Shown here one piece after another: positions 1-10,195 of a stretch of 64,000 bases of DNA. Position numbers and translations under genes: made by a program. The DNA comes from an uncultured Eubacteriales bacterium. GTDB taxonomy: Bacteria; Acidobacteriota; Aminicenantia; Aminicenantales; CALLJL01. The stretch lies in the NCBI GenBank assembly GCA_964627255.1, contig CAZVIN010000007.1:3051-67050 (forward strand), read 5' to 3'. The first letter of the stretch is position 1, and each line of letters begins with the position of its first letter. The notes beneath the pieces were generated by a model. It saw only the letters and a program-made list of their open reading frames with translations. It had not been told where the DNA came from and ran no database searches.

Positions 1-74
1 TCATTCAAGAATAAAACCGAATAGGTCTAACTGTCTAAGTTCTTCTGTTCAACTGAAGGCTATGCCTACGAAGC

Positions 75-629
75 CTATTCTTTTCGGTATTGCTTTTTGC
101 CTTCTTCGTAAAGGTCGCCACCATACATGTCGTTGATGACAATACAAGGAAAATCCTTAACCTTGAGACGAATGATGGCTTCCGGACCGAGCTCGGGATA
201 GGCGACAACTTCCGAGGCTTCGATGCTCTTGGAAATGAGCGCGCCGGCACCGCCTACCGCCGCCAGATAAACAGCTTTATATTTTTTCAGAGCCTCTTTG
301 ACCTCAGCGCTGCGGGAACCTTTGCCGATAGTTCCCTTCAAGCCCAAGGCATGAAGCTGAGGAGCATAGGAATCCATTCGATAACTTGTGGTTGGTCCAG
401 CCGAACCGATTGGTTTTCCGGGTCGAGCTGGAGTTGGCCCGACGTAATAAATAAATTGTCCCCGGACATCAATGGGTAAGTCTTTACCCTCTTTGATGAG
501 GTCAACCAACTTTTTGTGGGCGGCATCGCGGCCGGTGAGTAGATAACCCGTTATAAAAACCCGGTCACCAGCCTTCATCTGCTCGATCGTCTCGTCGGAA
601 ACAGGCGTTGTAATTCGATGCTCAGCCAT
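75..629 (-). CDS. Fumarate hydratase class I (Fe-S hydro-lyase, tartrate/fumarate subfamily) beta subunit
   Basis: 184 aa, full-length similarity to FumB/TtdB beta-type subunits (GKPIGSAGPTT, KAVYLAAVGGAGAL motifs). AAGAGG RBS before the ATG. No alpha subunit adjacent within the window. Confidence 0.8.
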   Translation of the reverse strand: MAEHRITTPVSDETIEQMKAGDRVFITGYLLTGRDAAHKKLVDLIKEGKDLPIDVRGQFIYYVGPTPARPGKPIGSAGPTTSYRMDSYAPQLHALGLKGTIGKGSRSAEVKEALKKYKAVYLAAVGGAGALISKSIEASEVVAYPELGPEAIIRLKVKDFPCIVINDMYGGDLYEEGKKQYRKE

Positions 630-661
630 CTTTGCCTCTTGCTCTTTTTCTAATCCTTAGG

Positions 662-1603
662 TCAATAGCCTAAGGCCTTGCACTCGTTGACAGTTTTGGT
701 TACGGAGGCAATGGTTTTTTCAAACATAGCTCTTTCTTCAGCGGTCAGCTGAATCTCAAAAATCTTTTCCACCCCTTTAGCGCTGATCAAAGCTGGTACA
801 CCGATAAATAATCCATTGACACCGTACTCACCTTCACACAGAGCGGCACACGGTAGAATTCGGCGTTTATCCTTGAGATAGGCTTCAGCCATAACAATGG
901 CACTCCAGGCCGGGCTGAAGAAAGCGGACCCTTTCCCGAAAAGCTTAACAATTTCCGTGCCGGCTTCTCTTGTCCGGTGGACTAAACGCTCGATTTGTTC
1001 GGGGGTGGCGATTTCCGCCAGAGGAATTCCGCCAACTGTCGTTAGCCGAGGAAGCGGCACCATATCTGGCCCATGGCCGCCTAAAACCACGCCGGCGATG
1101 TCAGCCACCGAAACATTTAGCTCCATGGAAATGAAAGCTCGCCATCGCGCCGTATCCAGAGTACCGGCCATCCCGCAGACTTGATTCTTGGGAAAACCGG
1201 TAATTTTATGGAAGACATAAACCATGGCGTCAAGCGGGTTAGTAACGACAATGCAGAAAGCGTTGGGGGCATGCTGGATGATACCCTCAGCGACCTGTTT
1301 GATAATCTGAATATTAACGTTGAGCAAATCTTCCCGGGTCATACCCGCTTCCCGAGGTTTGCCAGCCGTAATAATAGCGATATCAGCGCCGGCAATGTCC
1401 GCATAATCAGAGGTGGCGACGATATTGGCGTCATAGTTTCCGTGGGGAGCCATTTCCATCAGGTCCAGCGCTTTGCCTTTAACCACGTTCACATAGGAGG
1501 AAACATCAAGAATGACGATATCGCCGAGTTCTTTCTGGCCCGCCAACATCGCCAGGATCTGGCCGATTTGGCCACCGCCTATGAGGGCTATTTTCTTTCT
1601 CAT
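662..1603 (-). CDS. mdh: Malate dehydrogenase (LDH-like family)
   Basis: 313 aa. N-terminal Rossmann motif KIALIGGGQIG, catalytic region typical of the LDH/MDH family. AAGGAGG RBS. Confidence 0.88.
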   Translation of the reverse strand: MRKKIALIGGGQIGQILAMLAGQKELGDIVILDVSSYVNVVKGKALDLMEMAPHGNYDANIVATSDYADIAGADIAIITAGKPREAGMTREDLLNVNIQIIKQVAEGIIQHAPNAFCIVVTNPLDAMVYVFHKITGFPKNQVCGMAGTLDTARWRAFISMELNVSVADIAGVVLGGHGPDMVPLPRLTTVGGIPLAEIATPEQIERLVHRTREAGTEIVKLFGKGSAFFSPAWSAIVMAEAYLKDKRRILPCAALCEGEYGVNGLFIGVPALISAKGVEKIFEIQLTAEERAMFEKTIASVTKTVNECKALGY

Positions 1604-1771
1604 AAAAACCTCCTTTTTAAAACTGATTAAATGATTATCGCTGTTCCTCAGACTTTTCTGAGTTTGAATAAGCCGAGGAAAAGCAAGAGAAACCTGCCCA
1701 CTTCTTCTTGCGGAAGCGCCTAATATAAGTTAATTTTTCAGAAAGAGTCAAGTTGGTCAAAAGAGTCTGGT

Positions 1772-2977
1772 TCATCCTTTTATGTAGGCTTGCCAACGAG
1801 CTTCTAAGTCTGGTGCCTGAACCGTTTCCAGTAAGTAGTCGGCAAATTGCGCTCCCGTCGCCCCTGTTGACCTCCCTGTGATGACCAATTTTTTTTCGTA
1901 CTGGCCACAAATGTCGAGAGCCATTTCTAATTTTTCCCCTTTTTCGGGAAAACCAATATGGTTGAGAAGCATGGCTGCCGCTCGAATCATGCTGGAGGGG
2001 TCGGCGTAAATCGCCCGTCCTTCCTGGACCATCCGAGGGGCCGAACCGTGAATTGCCTCGAACATGGCATATTGTTTGCCGATATTGGCTGAGCCGGCAG
2101 TGCCGACGCCTCCCTGAAACTCCGCCGCTTCGTCTGTAAGGATGTCGCCATAGAGGTTAGGCAAGACGAAAACCTGGAATTCGCGGCGTCGCTTCTCGTC
2201 GATGAGCTTGGCCGTCATGATATCGATATACCAGTCGTCAACCTGGATTTCTGGATATTCTTTAGCAATCCGATAAAAATTCTCAAGAAAACGGCCGTCA
2301 GTGGTTTTAACGACGTTGGCTTTGGTCACACAGGTCACTCGGTTTTTGCCCGTTTTTCGGGCGTGCTCAAAAGCCAAACGGCAAATTCTCTCAGCCCCGG
2401 GAGCGCTGATTAACCGGAAATCAATCGCGATGTCGGCGTCGACTTCAATCCCGAAGGGGCCAAGTGCGTAGACATCTTCGGTGTTTTCTCGAAAGAAGAT
2501 CCAGTCAATCCCCTGTTGGGGGACTCTTACTGGCCGGACGTTGGCAAACAGGTCAAGCTCTTTACGCATCGCGACGTTACAGGATTCAATGTTTGGCCAG
2601 GGGTCCCCTTTTCGAGGAGTGGTGGTCGGTCCCTTCAAGGTGACATGGCATTTCTTGATTTCTCCTAGCACATCATCGGGGATTGGTTTAAGACAAGCCG
2701 CCCGGTTCTCAATCGTTAAACCCTCGATTGTGCGGAATTCGACCTTGCCTTTTTCAATTTCTTCTTGGAGCATGAATTGGAGAACGCGCTCCGACTCTTT
2801 GGCGATGTAAGGGCCGATTCCGTCGCCGCCAATGATACCGATAATAATTGGTTTAAGCTGGGAATAATCAATCCAGTCGGGCTGAGCCTTGATTCTTTCC
2901 ATTCGTTTCATTTGAGCTTCAAGAAGCCGGCCAAAATGCTCTTTGGCCTTTTCGATGGCTGCATAATCCATAATCAT
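1772..2977 (-). CDS. icd: Isocitrate dehydrogenase (NADP-type, isocitrate/isopropylmalate dehydrogenase family)
   Basis: 401 aa with IIGGDGIGPY, IFRENTEDVY and NLYGDILTD motifs that align to prokaryotic Icd. GGGAGG RBS. Confidence 0.82.
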   Translation of the reverse strand: MIMDYAAIEKAKEHFGRLLEAQMKRMERIKAQPDWIDYSQLKPIIIGIIGGDGIGPYIAKESERVLQFMLQEEIEKGKVEFRTIEGLTIENRAACLKPIPDDVLGEIKKCHVTLKGPTTTPRKGDPWPNIESCNVAMRKELDLFANVRPVRVPQQGIDWIFFRENTEDVYALGPFGIEVDADIAIDFRLISAPGAERICRLAFEHARKTGKNRVTCVTKANVVKTTDGRFLENFYRIAKEYPEIQVDDWYIDIMTAKLIDEKRRREFQVFVLPNLYGDILTDEAAEFQGGVGTAGSANIGKQYAMFEAIHGSAPRMVQEGRAIYADPSSMIRAAAMLLNHIGFPEKGEKLEMALDICGQYEKKLVITGRSTGATGAQFADYLLETVQAPDLEARWQAYIKG

Positions 2978-3251
2978 TCCTCCCTAAATGTAGAAATATG
3001 ACGGAAAAAGATTTTATCTATTTAGCTTCATAAAATCAATCAATACTTTTTCCTCGAGGCGCCCGTTTTTAGGGAATCAAGAGTTTATTGGCTTATCCGA
3101 ATTTAGTTGGATAAAAATGAGAGATTTTCAAACGGCGGGAAAAACTCGGCCGGGGCGATTTGGTTTTCAATTTTGCCGTCTTTTTTGACAAATTGTTGGG
3201 GAGATAATAAAAAATAATTCTTGCGCCTAATTAAAGAAAGGAGAAACTTTT

Positions 3252-5801
3252 ATGTTAGAAGCTTACTGGCAAAAAGAAAAAGAACGTCAAGCTTTAGGTA
3301 TACCCGCTCCGCCCTTAACCCCGGAAGAGACGGCAGAGGTTTGCGCGGCGCTGGAGAATCCACCCCCTGGTCTGGAGGAGAAGCTTTTAGACCTGCTCAG
3401 AAAAAGAGTAGCTCCTGGTGTTGACCCGGCGGCTAAGGTTAAAGCTGACTGGCTGGCCAAAATAGCCCGTGGACAAAAAAAGTCGCCGTTAATTTCACCG
3501 GTGGAAGCAGTTGAGCTCTTAGGGACGATGCTGGGGGGCTATAATGTGGAGCCACTGGTTAGTTTCTTAGACGAACCTTCCCTGGCCGCAGCTGCGGCGG
3601 CCGCCTTAAAGCGCCTTATCCTCGTTTATGGAGCCTTTCAGACTGTGGTCGAGAAGGCCAAGACAAATTCCTATGCTAAAGATGTTCTCGAGGCTTGGGC
3701 TAAAGGCGAATGGTTTTTATCGCGACCAGAAATACCAGAAAAGATAGAGCTTAAAGTTTTTAAGGTCGACGGCGAAATAAACACCGATGATTTTTCTCCG
3801 GCTAAGCATGCCTGGAGCCGGCCTGATATTCCGCTCCATGCCCTTTCCATGGGCGAGACCCGTTTTCCTGGCGGAATTCAAACCATCCGGCAATTTCGCC
3901 AGGAAGGATTCAAGGTAGCCTTTGTTGGTGACGTAGTCGGCACCGGCTCGAGTCGCAAATCAGCTTGCAATTCTCTGATGTGGCACATCGGCGAGGATAT
4001 ACCCTATGTTCCCAACAAAAGAAAAGGAGGAGTGGTCCTGGCTGGGCTCATCGCGCCGATTTTCTTTAACACCACCCAGGATTCAGGCGGACTACCGATT
4101 ATGACAGATGTCAGCGCTCTTAAAACCGGCGATATTATTATCTTGGACACTCGTCAGGGAACCATCGCTAATGATAAAGGCGAGGTTATGGCCAAGTTTG
4201 AATTTAAACCTCCGACCTTAAAGGACGAATTCCGGGCTGGCGGTCGTCTTAACCTGATTATTGGCCGCGATTTGACTAACCGAGCTCGCCGGGCCTTAAA
4301 CTGGGGAGAAGCCGACTTTTTCGTCAAGCTGGAGAACCCAAGACCAAAGGAAGGACAAGGGTTTACCTTAGCCCAAAAGATCGTTGGCCGGGCTTGCAGT
4401 CTGGAAGGAGTCCTGCCTGGGTCAGCTTGCGAGCCGAAGATGACCACTGTGGGTTCTCAGGACACTACTGGTCCGATGACGGCAGATGAGCTTAAGGAGT
4501 TAGCCTGTCTCGAATTTCAAACTGAATTTTTTATGCAGTCCTTTTGCCACACAGCAGCTTATCCTAAAGCCGCTGATGTTAAAATGCATCGTAGCCTACC
4601 GCAATTTATCATTTCTCGCGGCGGGGTGGCCTTAAAGCCAGGTGACGGGGTAATTCATTCCTGGTTGAATCGTTTCCTCCTTCCGGACACGGTGGGAACA
4701 GGTGGTGATTCGCATACCCGGTTTCCCTTGGGACTTAGTTTTCCCGCTGGCTCCGGCTTAGTTGCCTTTGCAGGAGCGCTTGGGTTCATGCCTCTTGATA
4801 TGCCGGAATCAGTTCTGGTCAAATTCAGCGGTCGGCTCCAACCAGGGATTACCTTGCGGGACATAGTTAATGCCATTCCTTATTTTGCTATCAACCAAGG
4901 TTTGCTGACTGTGGCCAAAAAGGGGAAAAAGAACATTTTTAATGGCCGAATAATCGAGATGGAGGGACTGGAAGAGTTAACCGTGGAGCAGGCTTACGAG
5001 TTGACCAATGCCACGGCCGAGAGGTCGGCAGCGGGCGGAGTGATCGCTCTTAAAGAAGAAAATGTTGCCCGCTACCTTAGGAGTAATATTGCTTTGATGG
5101 AGAAGATGATTGAAGAAGGCTATCAATCAGCGGACACCCTGCGCCGCCGCCTCGAAGCCTGCCAAGCGTGGCTCGAAAACCCTTCTTTGTTGCGCCGTGA
5201 TGAGACCGCAGAATATGCGGCCGTAATCGAAATAAATCTTGAGGAAATCGTCGAACCGATTCTGGCTTGCCCTAACGACCCTGACGACGTCCGCCTATTA
5301 AGCGAAGTCTCTGGTGATAAAATTGATGAGGTTTTTATCGGCTCTTGCATGACTAACATCGGACATTTTCGGGCTGTAGCCAGAATTTTCGAAGGTGCCC
5401 CCTATTTAGCTACCCGAGTCTGGCTAACCCCACCAACCAAAATGGATGCGGCCCAGTTGATGCGGGAAGGTTTGTATTCTGTGTTTGCTTCGGTCGGCGC
5501 TCGAACGGAGGTCCCCGGCTGTTCTTTGTGCATGGGAAACCAGGCTCGGGTTAGGCCACAGGCCACTGTTTTTTCTACCTCCACCCGAAATTTTGATGAC
5601 CGGATGGGTTACGGAGCCAGAGTTTATCTTGGTTCAGCGGAGCTCGCCGCGGTCTGTGCTCTGAAAGGAGCCATCCCGACAACTGAAGAATACCTGGCAA
5701 TAATGAAGGAAAAAGTTTTGCCCCAAGCTGACAAGATTTATCGCTATCTTCAGTTTGATGAGATAAAGGAAGGGACGCTTCATTATTCTGGTCAATATTG
5801 A
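3252..5801 (+). CDS. acnB: Aconitate hydratase B (bifunctional aconitase 2 / 2-methylisocitrate dehydratase)
   Basis: 849 aa. The N-terminus (MLEAYWQ...NPPPGLEEKLLDLL...GVDPAAKVKA...SPLISPVEAVELLGTMLGGYN) is nearly collinear with E. coli AcnB. The C-terminal aconitase domain has Cys ligands. AAAGGAG RBS. Confidence 0.92.
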   Translation: MLEAYWQKEKERQALGIPAPPLTPEETAEVCAALENPPPGLEEKLLDLLRKRVAPGVDPAAKVKADWLAKIARGQKKSPLISPVEAVELLGTMLGGYNVEPLVSFLDEPSLAAAAAAALKRLILVYGAFQTVVEKAKTNSYAKDVLEAWAKGEWFLSRPEIPEKIELKVFKVDGEINTDDFSPAKHAWSRPDIPLHALSMGETRFPGGIQTIRQFRQEGFKVAFVGDVVGTGSSRKSACNSLMWHIGEDIPYVPNKRKGGVVLAGLIAPIFFNTTQDSGGLPIMTDVSALKTGDIIILDTRQGTIANDKGEVMAKFEFKPPTLKDEFRAGGRLNLIIGRDLTNRARRALNWGEADFFVKLENPRPKEGQGFTLAQKIVGRACSLEGVLPGSACEPKMTTVGSQDTTGPMTADELKELACLEFQTEFFMQSFCHTAAYPKAADVKMHRSLPQFIISRGGVALKPGDGVIHSWLNRFLLPDTVGTGGDSHTRFPLGLSFPAGSGLVAFAGALGFMPLDMPESVLVKFSGRLQPGITLRDIVNAIPYFAINQGLLTVAKKGKKNIFNGRIIEMEGLEELTVEQAYELTNATAERSAAGGVIALKEENVARYLRSNIALMEKMIEEGYQSADTLRRRLEACQAWLENPSLLRRDETAEYAAVIEINLEEIVEPILACPNDPDDVRLLSEVSGDKIDEVFIGSCMTNIGHFRAVARIFEGAPYLATRVWLTPPTKMDAAQLMREGLYSVFASVGARTEVPGCSLCMGNQARVRPQATVFSTSTRNFDDRMGYGARVYLGSAELAAVCALKGAIPTTEEYLAIMKEKVLPQADKIYRYLQFDEIKEGTLHYSGQY

Positions 5802-5849
5802 AAGATATTTATTGCCATAGGGCGCAAATTTCGTTAGGAGAATAGTCTA

Positions 5850-6611
5850 ATGTTTGAACTATCGGGAAAGAAGGCGTTAATCACGGGAGGAAGCCGCGGG
5901 ATTGGTCGGGCCACGGCGATTCTTCTGGCCCAAGCCGGCGTGGATGTGGCGATTAATTATGTTCGCAACGACGCCGCGGCTGCAGAAGTTAAAAAAATGA
6001 TAGAAGAATTTGGCCGCCGGGCGTTGACAATTAAAGCTGATATTTCGCATGAAGAAGAGACAAGAGAACTGGTCGAAAAGGTGGTGGCGGAGTGGGGCAG
6101 ACTTGATTATGTCGTCAATAATGCTGGTATCTGGACATATGGAGAGATGGGTCAGATGAGTCGCCAAGTTTGGGAAGAAACGATGCGCCTGAACCTCGAT
6201 GCGGTTTTTTACGTGATCAATGCGGTGGTTCCGTTGATGCGAAAGCAAGGAGGAGGAGTAATTGTCAACGTTTCTTCGACCGCCGCCGTCAGGGGCGAAG
6301 CCTATCATTCCCACTATGCCGCCAGTAAAGGAGCGCTCCATTCCTTGACAAAATCCTTGGCCGTGGAATTAGCTCCCTACGGGATTCGGGTCAATTGTGT
6401 TGCTCCTGGTTGGGTCGATACTGACATGTGTGCGGAGGTTTTTGCTGACCCTGAATTTCGGCGGACGGTCCAGAATTCCATCCCTCTGAAGAGAATCCCC
6501 CCTCCGGAAGACATTGCGGGGCCAATTCTCTTTCTCCTGTCTGATTTAGCCCGTCATATCACCGGTACCGTCATTCATGTCAACGGCGGGTCAGTCCTCT
6601 GCGGAAGTTAG
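5850..6611 (+). CDS. Short-chain dehydrogenase/reductase (FabG-like 3-oxoacyl reductase family)
   Basis: 253 aa. TGGSRGIGRA cofactor motif, NNAG, and the YAASKGAL catalytic YxxxK. Confidence 0.8.
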   Translation: MFELSGKKALITGGSRGIGRATAILLAQAGVDVAINYVRNDAAAAEVKKMIEEFGRRALTIKADISHEEETRELVEKVVAEWGRLDYVVNNAGIWTYGEMGQMSRQVWEETMRLNLDAVFYVINAVVPLMRKQGGGVIVNVSSTAAVRGEAYHSHYAASKGALHSLTKSLAVELAPYGIRVNCVAPGWVDTDMCAEVFADPEFRRTVQNSIPLKRIPPPEDIAGPILFLLSDLARHITGTVIHVNGGSVLCGS

Positions 6612-6667
6612 CTTGCCAAGTTGCTTATTTTTTGATAAGAAGAAAGCATTCCGAAAGGAGGCTTAAA

Positions 6668-6925
6668 ATGGAGGAAGAGATTGGTCGGATAACTCATTAC
6701 TTTTCGCGGCTTGGTGTCGGGGTAGTGGAACTCGTGGCAGGCGAACTTCGGGTGGGGGATACGATTCACATCAAAGGTCATACTACGGATTTCTACCAAA
6801 AGGTGGAGTCGATGCAAGTTGAACACCAGCAAGTGACAGTGGCAAAAAAAGGCGATTCTATCGGTCTCAAAGTAATTGACCAGGTGCGGGAGCATGATAA
6901 AGTCTTCCGCGTCAGCGAAGATTGA
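6668..6925 (+). CDS. Small hypothetical protein resembling the EF-Tu domain-2 / translation-factor beta-barrel fold
   Basis: 85 aa counted from the ATG at 6668, which follows an AAAGGAGG RBS. The ORF track start at 6632 has no RBS. Lies immediately upstream of the acyl-CoA mutase genes. Confidence 0.5.
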   Translation: MEEEIGRITHYFSRLGVGVVELVAGELRVGDTIHIKGHTTDFYQKVESMQVEHQQVTVAKKGDSIGLKVIDQVREHDKVFRVSED

Positions 6926-6981
6926 TTGGGCGTTAATTAATCCTTAGTCTAAAAATCAGGTTTTGGCCTCGAGGAGGAGCC

Positions 6982-8682
6982 ATGAATCGAAGTCAAAGCC
7001 AGCTCAAGAGAAAGCTGAGCGAAGATACCGCCTCACTCCGGTGTGGCCTCCGACGCTGGGAACGGGCCTTTAAAGAAGAGTTTAAGCTCGGCGGCGGCGA
7101 GACAAGTAAGGCTACCTCAATTTCTGGGCGGCCGATTAAAGCTCTTTATACCCCGCTTGATTTGAAAGATTTTGATTTTTGGCGCGAATTAGGGTTTCCG
7201 GGAGAATATCCCTTTACTCGAGGGATTCACCCTACTATGTACCGAGGCCGACTGTGGACGATGCGGCAGTTTTCTGGTTTCGGGTCAGCGGAAGACACCA
7301 ATCGCCGGTTTAAATACCTGTTGTCGTTGGGACAAACCGGGTTGAGTGTGGCCTTTCATTTGCCTACTTTAATGGGGATTGATTCTGACCATCCTCTGGC
7401 TCAGGGCGAGATTGGCAAGTGTGGCGTCGCCATTGATAGCTTGGCGGATATGGAGATTCTCTTTGACGGCATTCCCTTAGACAAAATAACTACTTCCATG
7501 ACCATTAACCCGCCGGCAGCCGTTCTCTGGGCAATGTACATTGCCGTTGCAGAGAAGCAAGGCGTGTCACCGCAGATAATTTCGGGGACGATTCAAAACG
7601 ATATTCTCAAGGAATATATTGCTCAGAAAACCTATGTCTTTCCGCCTCGGCCTTCGATGAAATTGGTCGTCGATACGTTTGAGTACGGAGCCAAAGAGGT
7701 TCCCCGCTGGAATACTATTTCCATCTCTGGATATCACATCAGAGAAGCGGGCGCCACGGCCGTTCAAGAGCTGGCTTTTACCCTTCGGGATGGAATTGAA
7801 TACGTTGAGTGGGCTTTGGAGAGAGGGCTAAAGATAGACGAATTTGCCCCTCGGCTGTCATTTTTTTTCAACGCCCACAATGATTTTTTCGAGGAAATTG
7901 CTAAGTTCAGGGCAGCCAGAAAAATCTGGGCAGAAGTTATGCGCGAAAGGTTCGGTGCCAAAAAAGAGCGTTCGTGGTGGTTGCGCTTTCACACCCAGAC
8001 CTCAGGAGTTTCTCTTATGGCTCAGCAGCCATACAACAATATTATCCGGGTAGCTATCCAGGCCCTCGCCGCTGTGCTTGGTGGTACCCAATCTCTTCAC
8101 ACTAACTCCTTAGATGAGACCTATGCTTTACCCTCAGAACAAGCGGTAACCATTGCTCTTCGAACCCAACAGATAATTGCTTACGAGAGCGGTGTCGCCA
8201 ACACTATTGACCCTCTCGGCGGAAGTTATTATGTCGAAAAATTAACCCAGGAGATGGAAGAGGAGGCCAAGGCATATATAAGGAAAATTGATAATCTCGG
8301 CGGCATGGTCAAGGCCATTGAGCTGGGTTTTCCCCAGAAGGAAATTGCGGACAGCGCTTATTTCTATCAGCAAGCAGTGGAGAAAAAGGAAAAAATTATT
8401 GTGGGAGTCAATGCCTTCGAGATGGAACACGAGCCCATTCCTATCCTGGAGGTTGACCCGGCAGTGGCGGAGCATCAGTTGGGCCGGCTCCGGGAGGTCA
8501 AGAAAACTAGGAACAAGCTTCTGGTCAAGCAATCCTTAGCTGACCTAAAAAAGGCGGCCCAGGACGAGATAAACCTTATGCCCTTTATTCTTAACTGTGT
8601 CCGAGCTTACGCTACGGTTGGCGAGGTCATGGACGCCTTAAAAGAGGTCTACGGGGTTTATGAAGAGCCAACTACCTATTGA
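6982..8682 (+). CDS. Acyl-CoA mutase large (catalytic) subunit, methylmalonyl-CoA mutase family; isobutyryl-CoA mutase-like signature
   Basis: 566 aa, MCM N-terminal TIM-barrel domain. Contains RQFSGF (Phe where MCM has Tyr89) and YIAQKTY (Gln where MCM has Arg207), the IcmA-type pattern. GAGGAGG RBS. Confidence 0.85.
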   Translation: MNRSQSQLKRKLSEDTASLRCGLRRWERAFKEEFKLGGGETSKATSISGRPIKALYTPLDLKDFDFWRELGFPGEYPFTRGIHPTMYRGRLWTMRQFSGFGSAEDTNRRFKYLLSLGQTGLSVAFHLPTLMGIDSDHPLAQGEIGKCGVAIDSLADMEILFDGIPLDKITTSMTINPPAAVLWAMYIAVAEKQGVSPQIISGTIQNDILKEYIAQKTYVFPPRPSMKLVVDTFEYGAKEVPRWNTISISGYHIREAGATAVQELAFTLRDGIEYVEWALERGLKIDEFAPRLSFFFNAHNDFFEEIAKFRAARKIWAEVMRERFGAKKERSWWLRFHTQTSGVSLMAQQPYNNIIRVAIQALAAVLGGTQSLHTNSLDETYALPSEQAVTIALRTQQIIAYESGVANTIDPLGGSYYVEKLTQEMEEEAKAYIRKIDNLGGMVKAIELGFPQKEIADSAYFYQQAVEKKEKIIVGVNAFEMEHEPIPILEVDPAVAEHQLGRLREVKKTRNKLLVKQSLADLKKAAQDEINLMPFILNCVRAYATVGEVMDALKEVYGVYEEPTTY

Positions 8683-8706
8683 TAAATGAAAGCTCAGGAG
8701 GCCAAG

Positions 8707-9204
8707 ATGAAGGAGAAAAAACGGCCAGGAAGACAAGCCCCGGCAAACCTTGAACCCGGCCGAAGAGCCTGGCCTCCGCATCATCAGCCGAGGCTGAGAG
8801 TCCTTATCGCTAAGCCTGGACTTGACGGCCATGACCGGGGAGCCAAGGTCATTTGTCGGGCGCTGAGGGATGCCGGCATGGAAGTAATATATACTGGACT
8901 CAGACGGACTCCAGAGGAAATCGTTAACGCCGCGATTCAGGAGGATGTGGACCTTATTGGTTTAAGTATTCTCAGCGGCGCCCATAACGTGCTTTTTCCT
9001 CGGATTATGAACTTACTGCGGAAAAGAGGAGCCAGCGATATCCCCGTCATCGCGGGCGGCATTATTCCGGAAAAGGATATCCCCCGGCTGAAAAAAATTG
9101 GGCTGGCTGAAATTTTCCTTCCTGGTACCCCGACTCAGGAGATCATCCAGTGGGTCAGAGAGCATATCCCAGAAAGAAGCAAGAAGAAAGTAATTAGCTC
9201 TTGA
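8707..9204 (+). CDS. Acyl-CoA mutase small subunit (cobalamin-binding domain)
   Basis: B12-binding DxHxxG motif (LDGHDRG) and a Rossmann-like fold. The start is placed at the ATG that follows AGGAGG; the ORF track start at 8686 lacks an RBS. Confidence 0.82.
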   Translation: MKEKKRPGRQAPANLEPGRRAWPPHHQPRLRVLIAKPGLDGHDRGAKVICRALRDAGMEVIYTGLRRTPEEIVNAAIQEDVDLIGLSILSGAHNVLFPRIMNLLRKRGASDIPVIAGGIIPEKDIPRLKKIGLAEIFLPGTPTQEIIQWVREHIPERSKKKVISS

Positions 9205-9242
9205 CAGGGAAGTATTATTTTGATAATCAAGGGAAAGGTTTT

Positions 9243-10142
9243 ATGAGCCAAAAGAAATTCTTATCGTTGGTAATTATTCCTCATAGACGGGGAACTACCA
9301 GGACGATAACTATCTCGCGGCGAGCCAGCCGCGTGTTTTTCTCGGCACTGGCCACAGCAACGATAATTCTAATTGGCTTCTTAGTAGATTATTTCAGCAT
9401 GAACGTCACCCGCGCCAAATACCGCCTTCTTTTGAGTGAAAATCAGGAACAAAAAAAGGTTATCACCTCCTATGAGAATTCCGTCCAGCAATTAACGGCC
9501 AAAATTCGGGCCTTCGAAAATTATGCCCGCAAACTTAATGTTATGGCCGGGCTCCGTTCGCCGGAAGCGCTCAAAGAAGTTGGTGTTGGCTCTGGACCTG
9601 AAAGTGGTAACGGAGTGAACTCTGGGCCAAGCGATAATTCGGCGGTTGCTAATGTGCCGCTCGGTCAAGTTCAGATGAAGGCTGAACAATTAGAACAAAA
9701 CCTTAGTACCCTTTTAGATTATTTTGAACATCAGACTGTTCGCTTAGCCCAGACACCAACCATCTGGCCAACAGCCGGGTTTATTACCTCCGGTTTTGGC
9801 TGGCGTATCGACCCCTTTACCGGCAAACAGACGTTCCACAAAGGAATTGATATTGCCACTAATTTAGGCAATCCAATCGTGGCTACGGCTGACGGGGTTG
9901 TCGTCGAGACAAAGAATGACCGCATTGGAGGCAAAACAATTTTGATTAGCCACGGAGGGGGGCTGAGCACTCTTTTTTATCATCTGGATAAGATTTTGGT
10001 TCGGCCCGGTCAGAAGATAAGACGAGGCGATATAATAGGCTTGGTGGGCAAAACGGGAAAGGCTTTGGGGCCGCACTTGCATTATGAAGTGCAGGTTAAT
10101 GGCAAATCAGTTAATCCGCTTCAATATATATTAGAAGAATAA
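9243..10142 (+). CDS. M23 family metallopeptidase (peptidoglycan DD-endopeptidase-like), membrane-anchored
   Basis: C-terminal LytM domain (HKGIDIA ... HLHYEV), an N-terminal TM segment and a coiled coil. The ATG at 9243 is preferred over the TTG at 9201. Confidence 0.75.
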   Translation: MSQKKFLSLVIIPHRRGTTRTITISRRASRVFFSALATATIILIGFLVDYFSMNVTRAKYRLLLSENQEQKKVITSYENSVQQLTAKIRAFENYARKLNVMAGLRSPEALKEVGVGSGPESGNGVNSGPSDNSAVANVPLGQVQMKAEQLEQNLSTLLDYFEHQTVRLAQTPTIWPTAGFITSGFGWRIDPFTGKQTFHKGIDIATNLGNPIVATADGVVVETKNDRIGGKTILISHGGGLSTLFYHLDKILVRPGQKIRRGDIIGLVGKTGKALGPHLHYEVQVNGKSVNPLQYILEE

Positions 10143-10195
10143 CCCTTAGCCTCTCGGTAATTTTTATCTCGGCCTGAATTTATTGATTGGTTCGA

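Noticed and set aside
35-250. 71-aa minus-strand ORF overlapping the fumarase beta gene
   Set aside because: It is fully embedded in a well-supported CDS in another frame, has low-complexity Ser/Arg-rich content and no RBS.
4154-4876. Antisense ORFs of 73-97 aa inside acnB (and similar ones inside OPT, mrdA, TBDR, lpd)
   Set aside because: They are entirely nested antisense to strongly supported genes, with Arg/Ser/Pro-rich translations typical of GC-skewed antisense frames.
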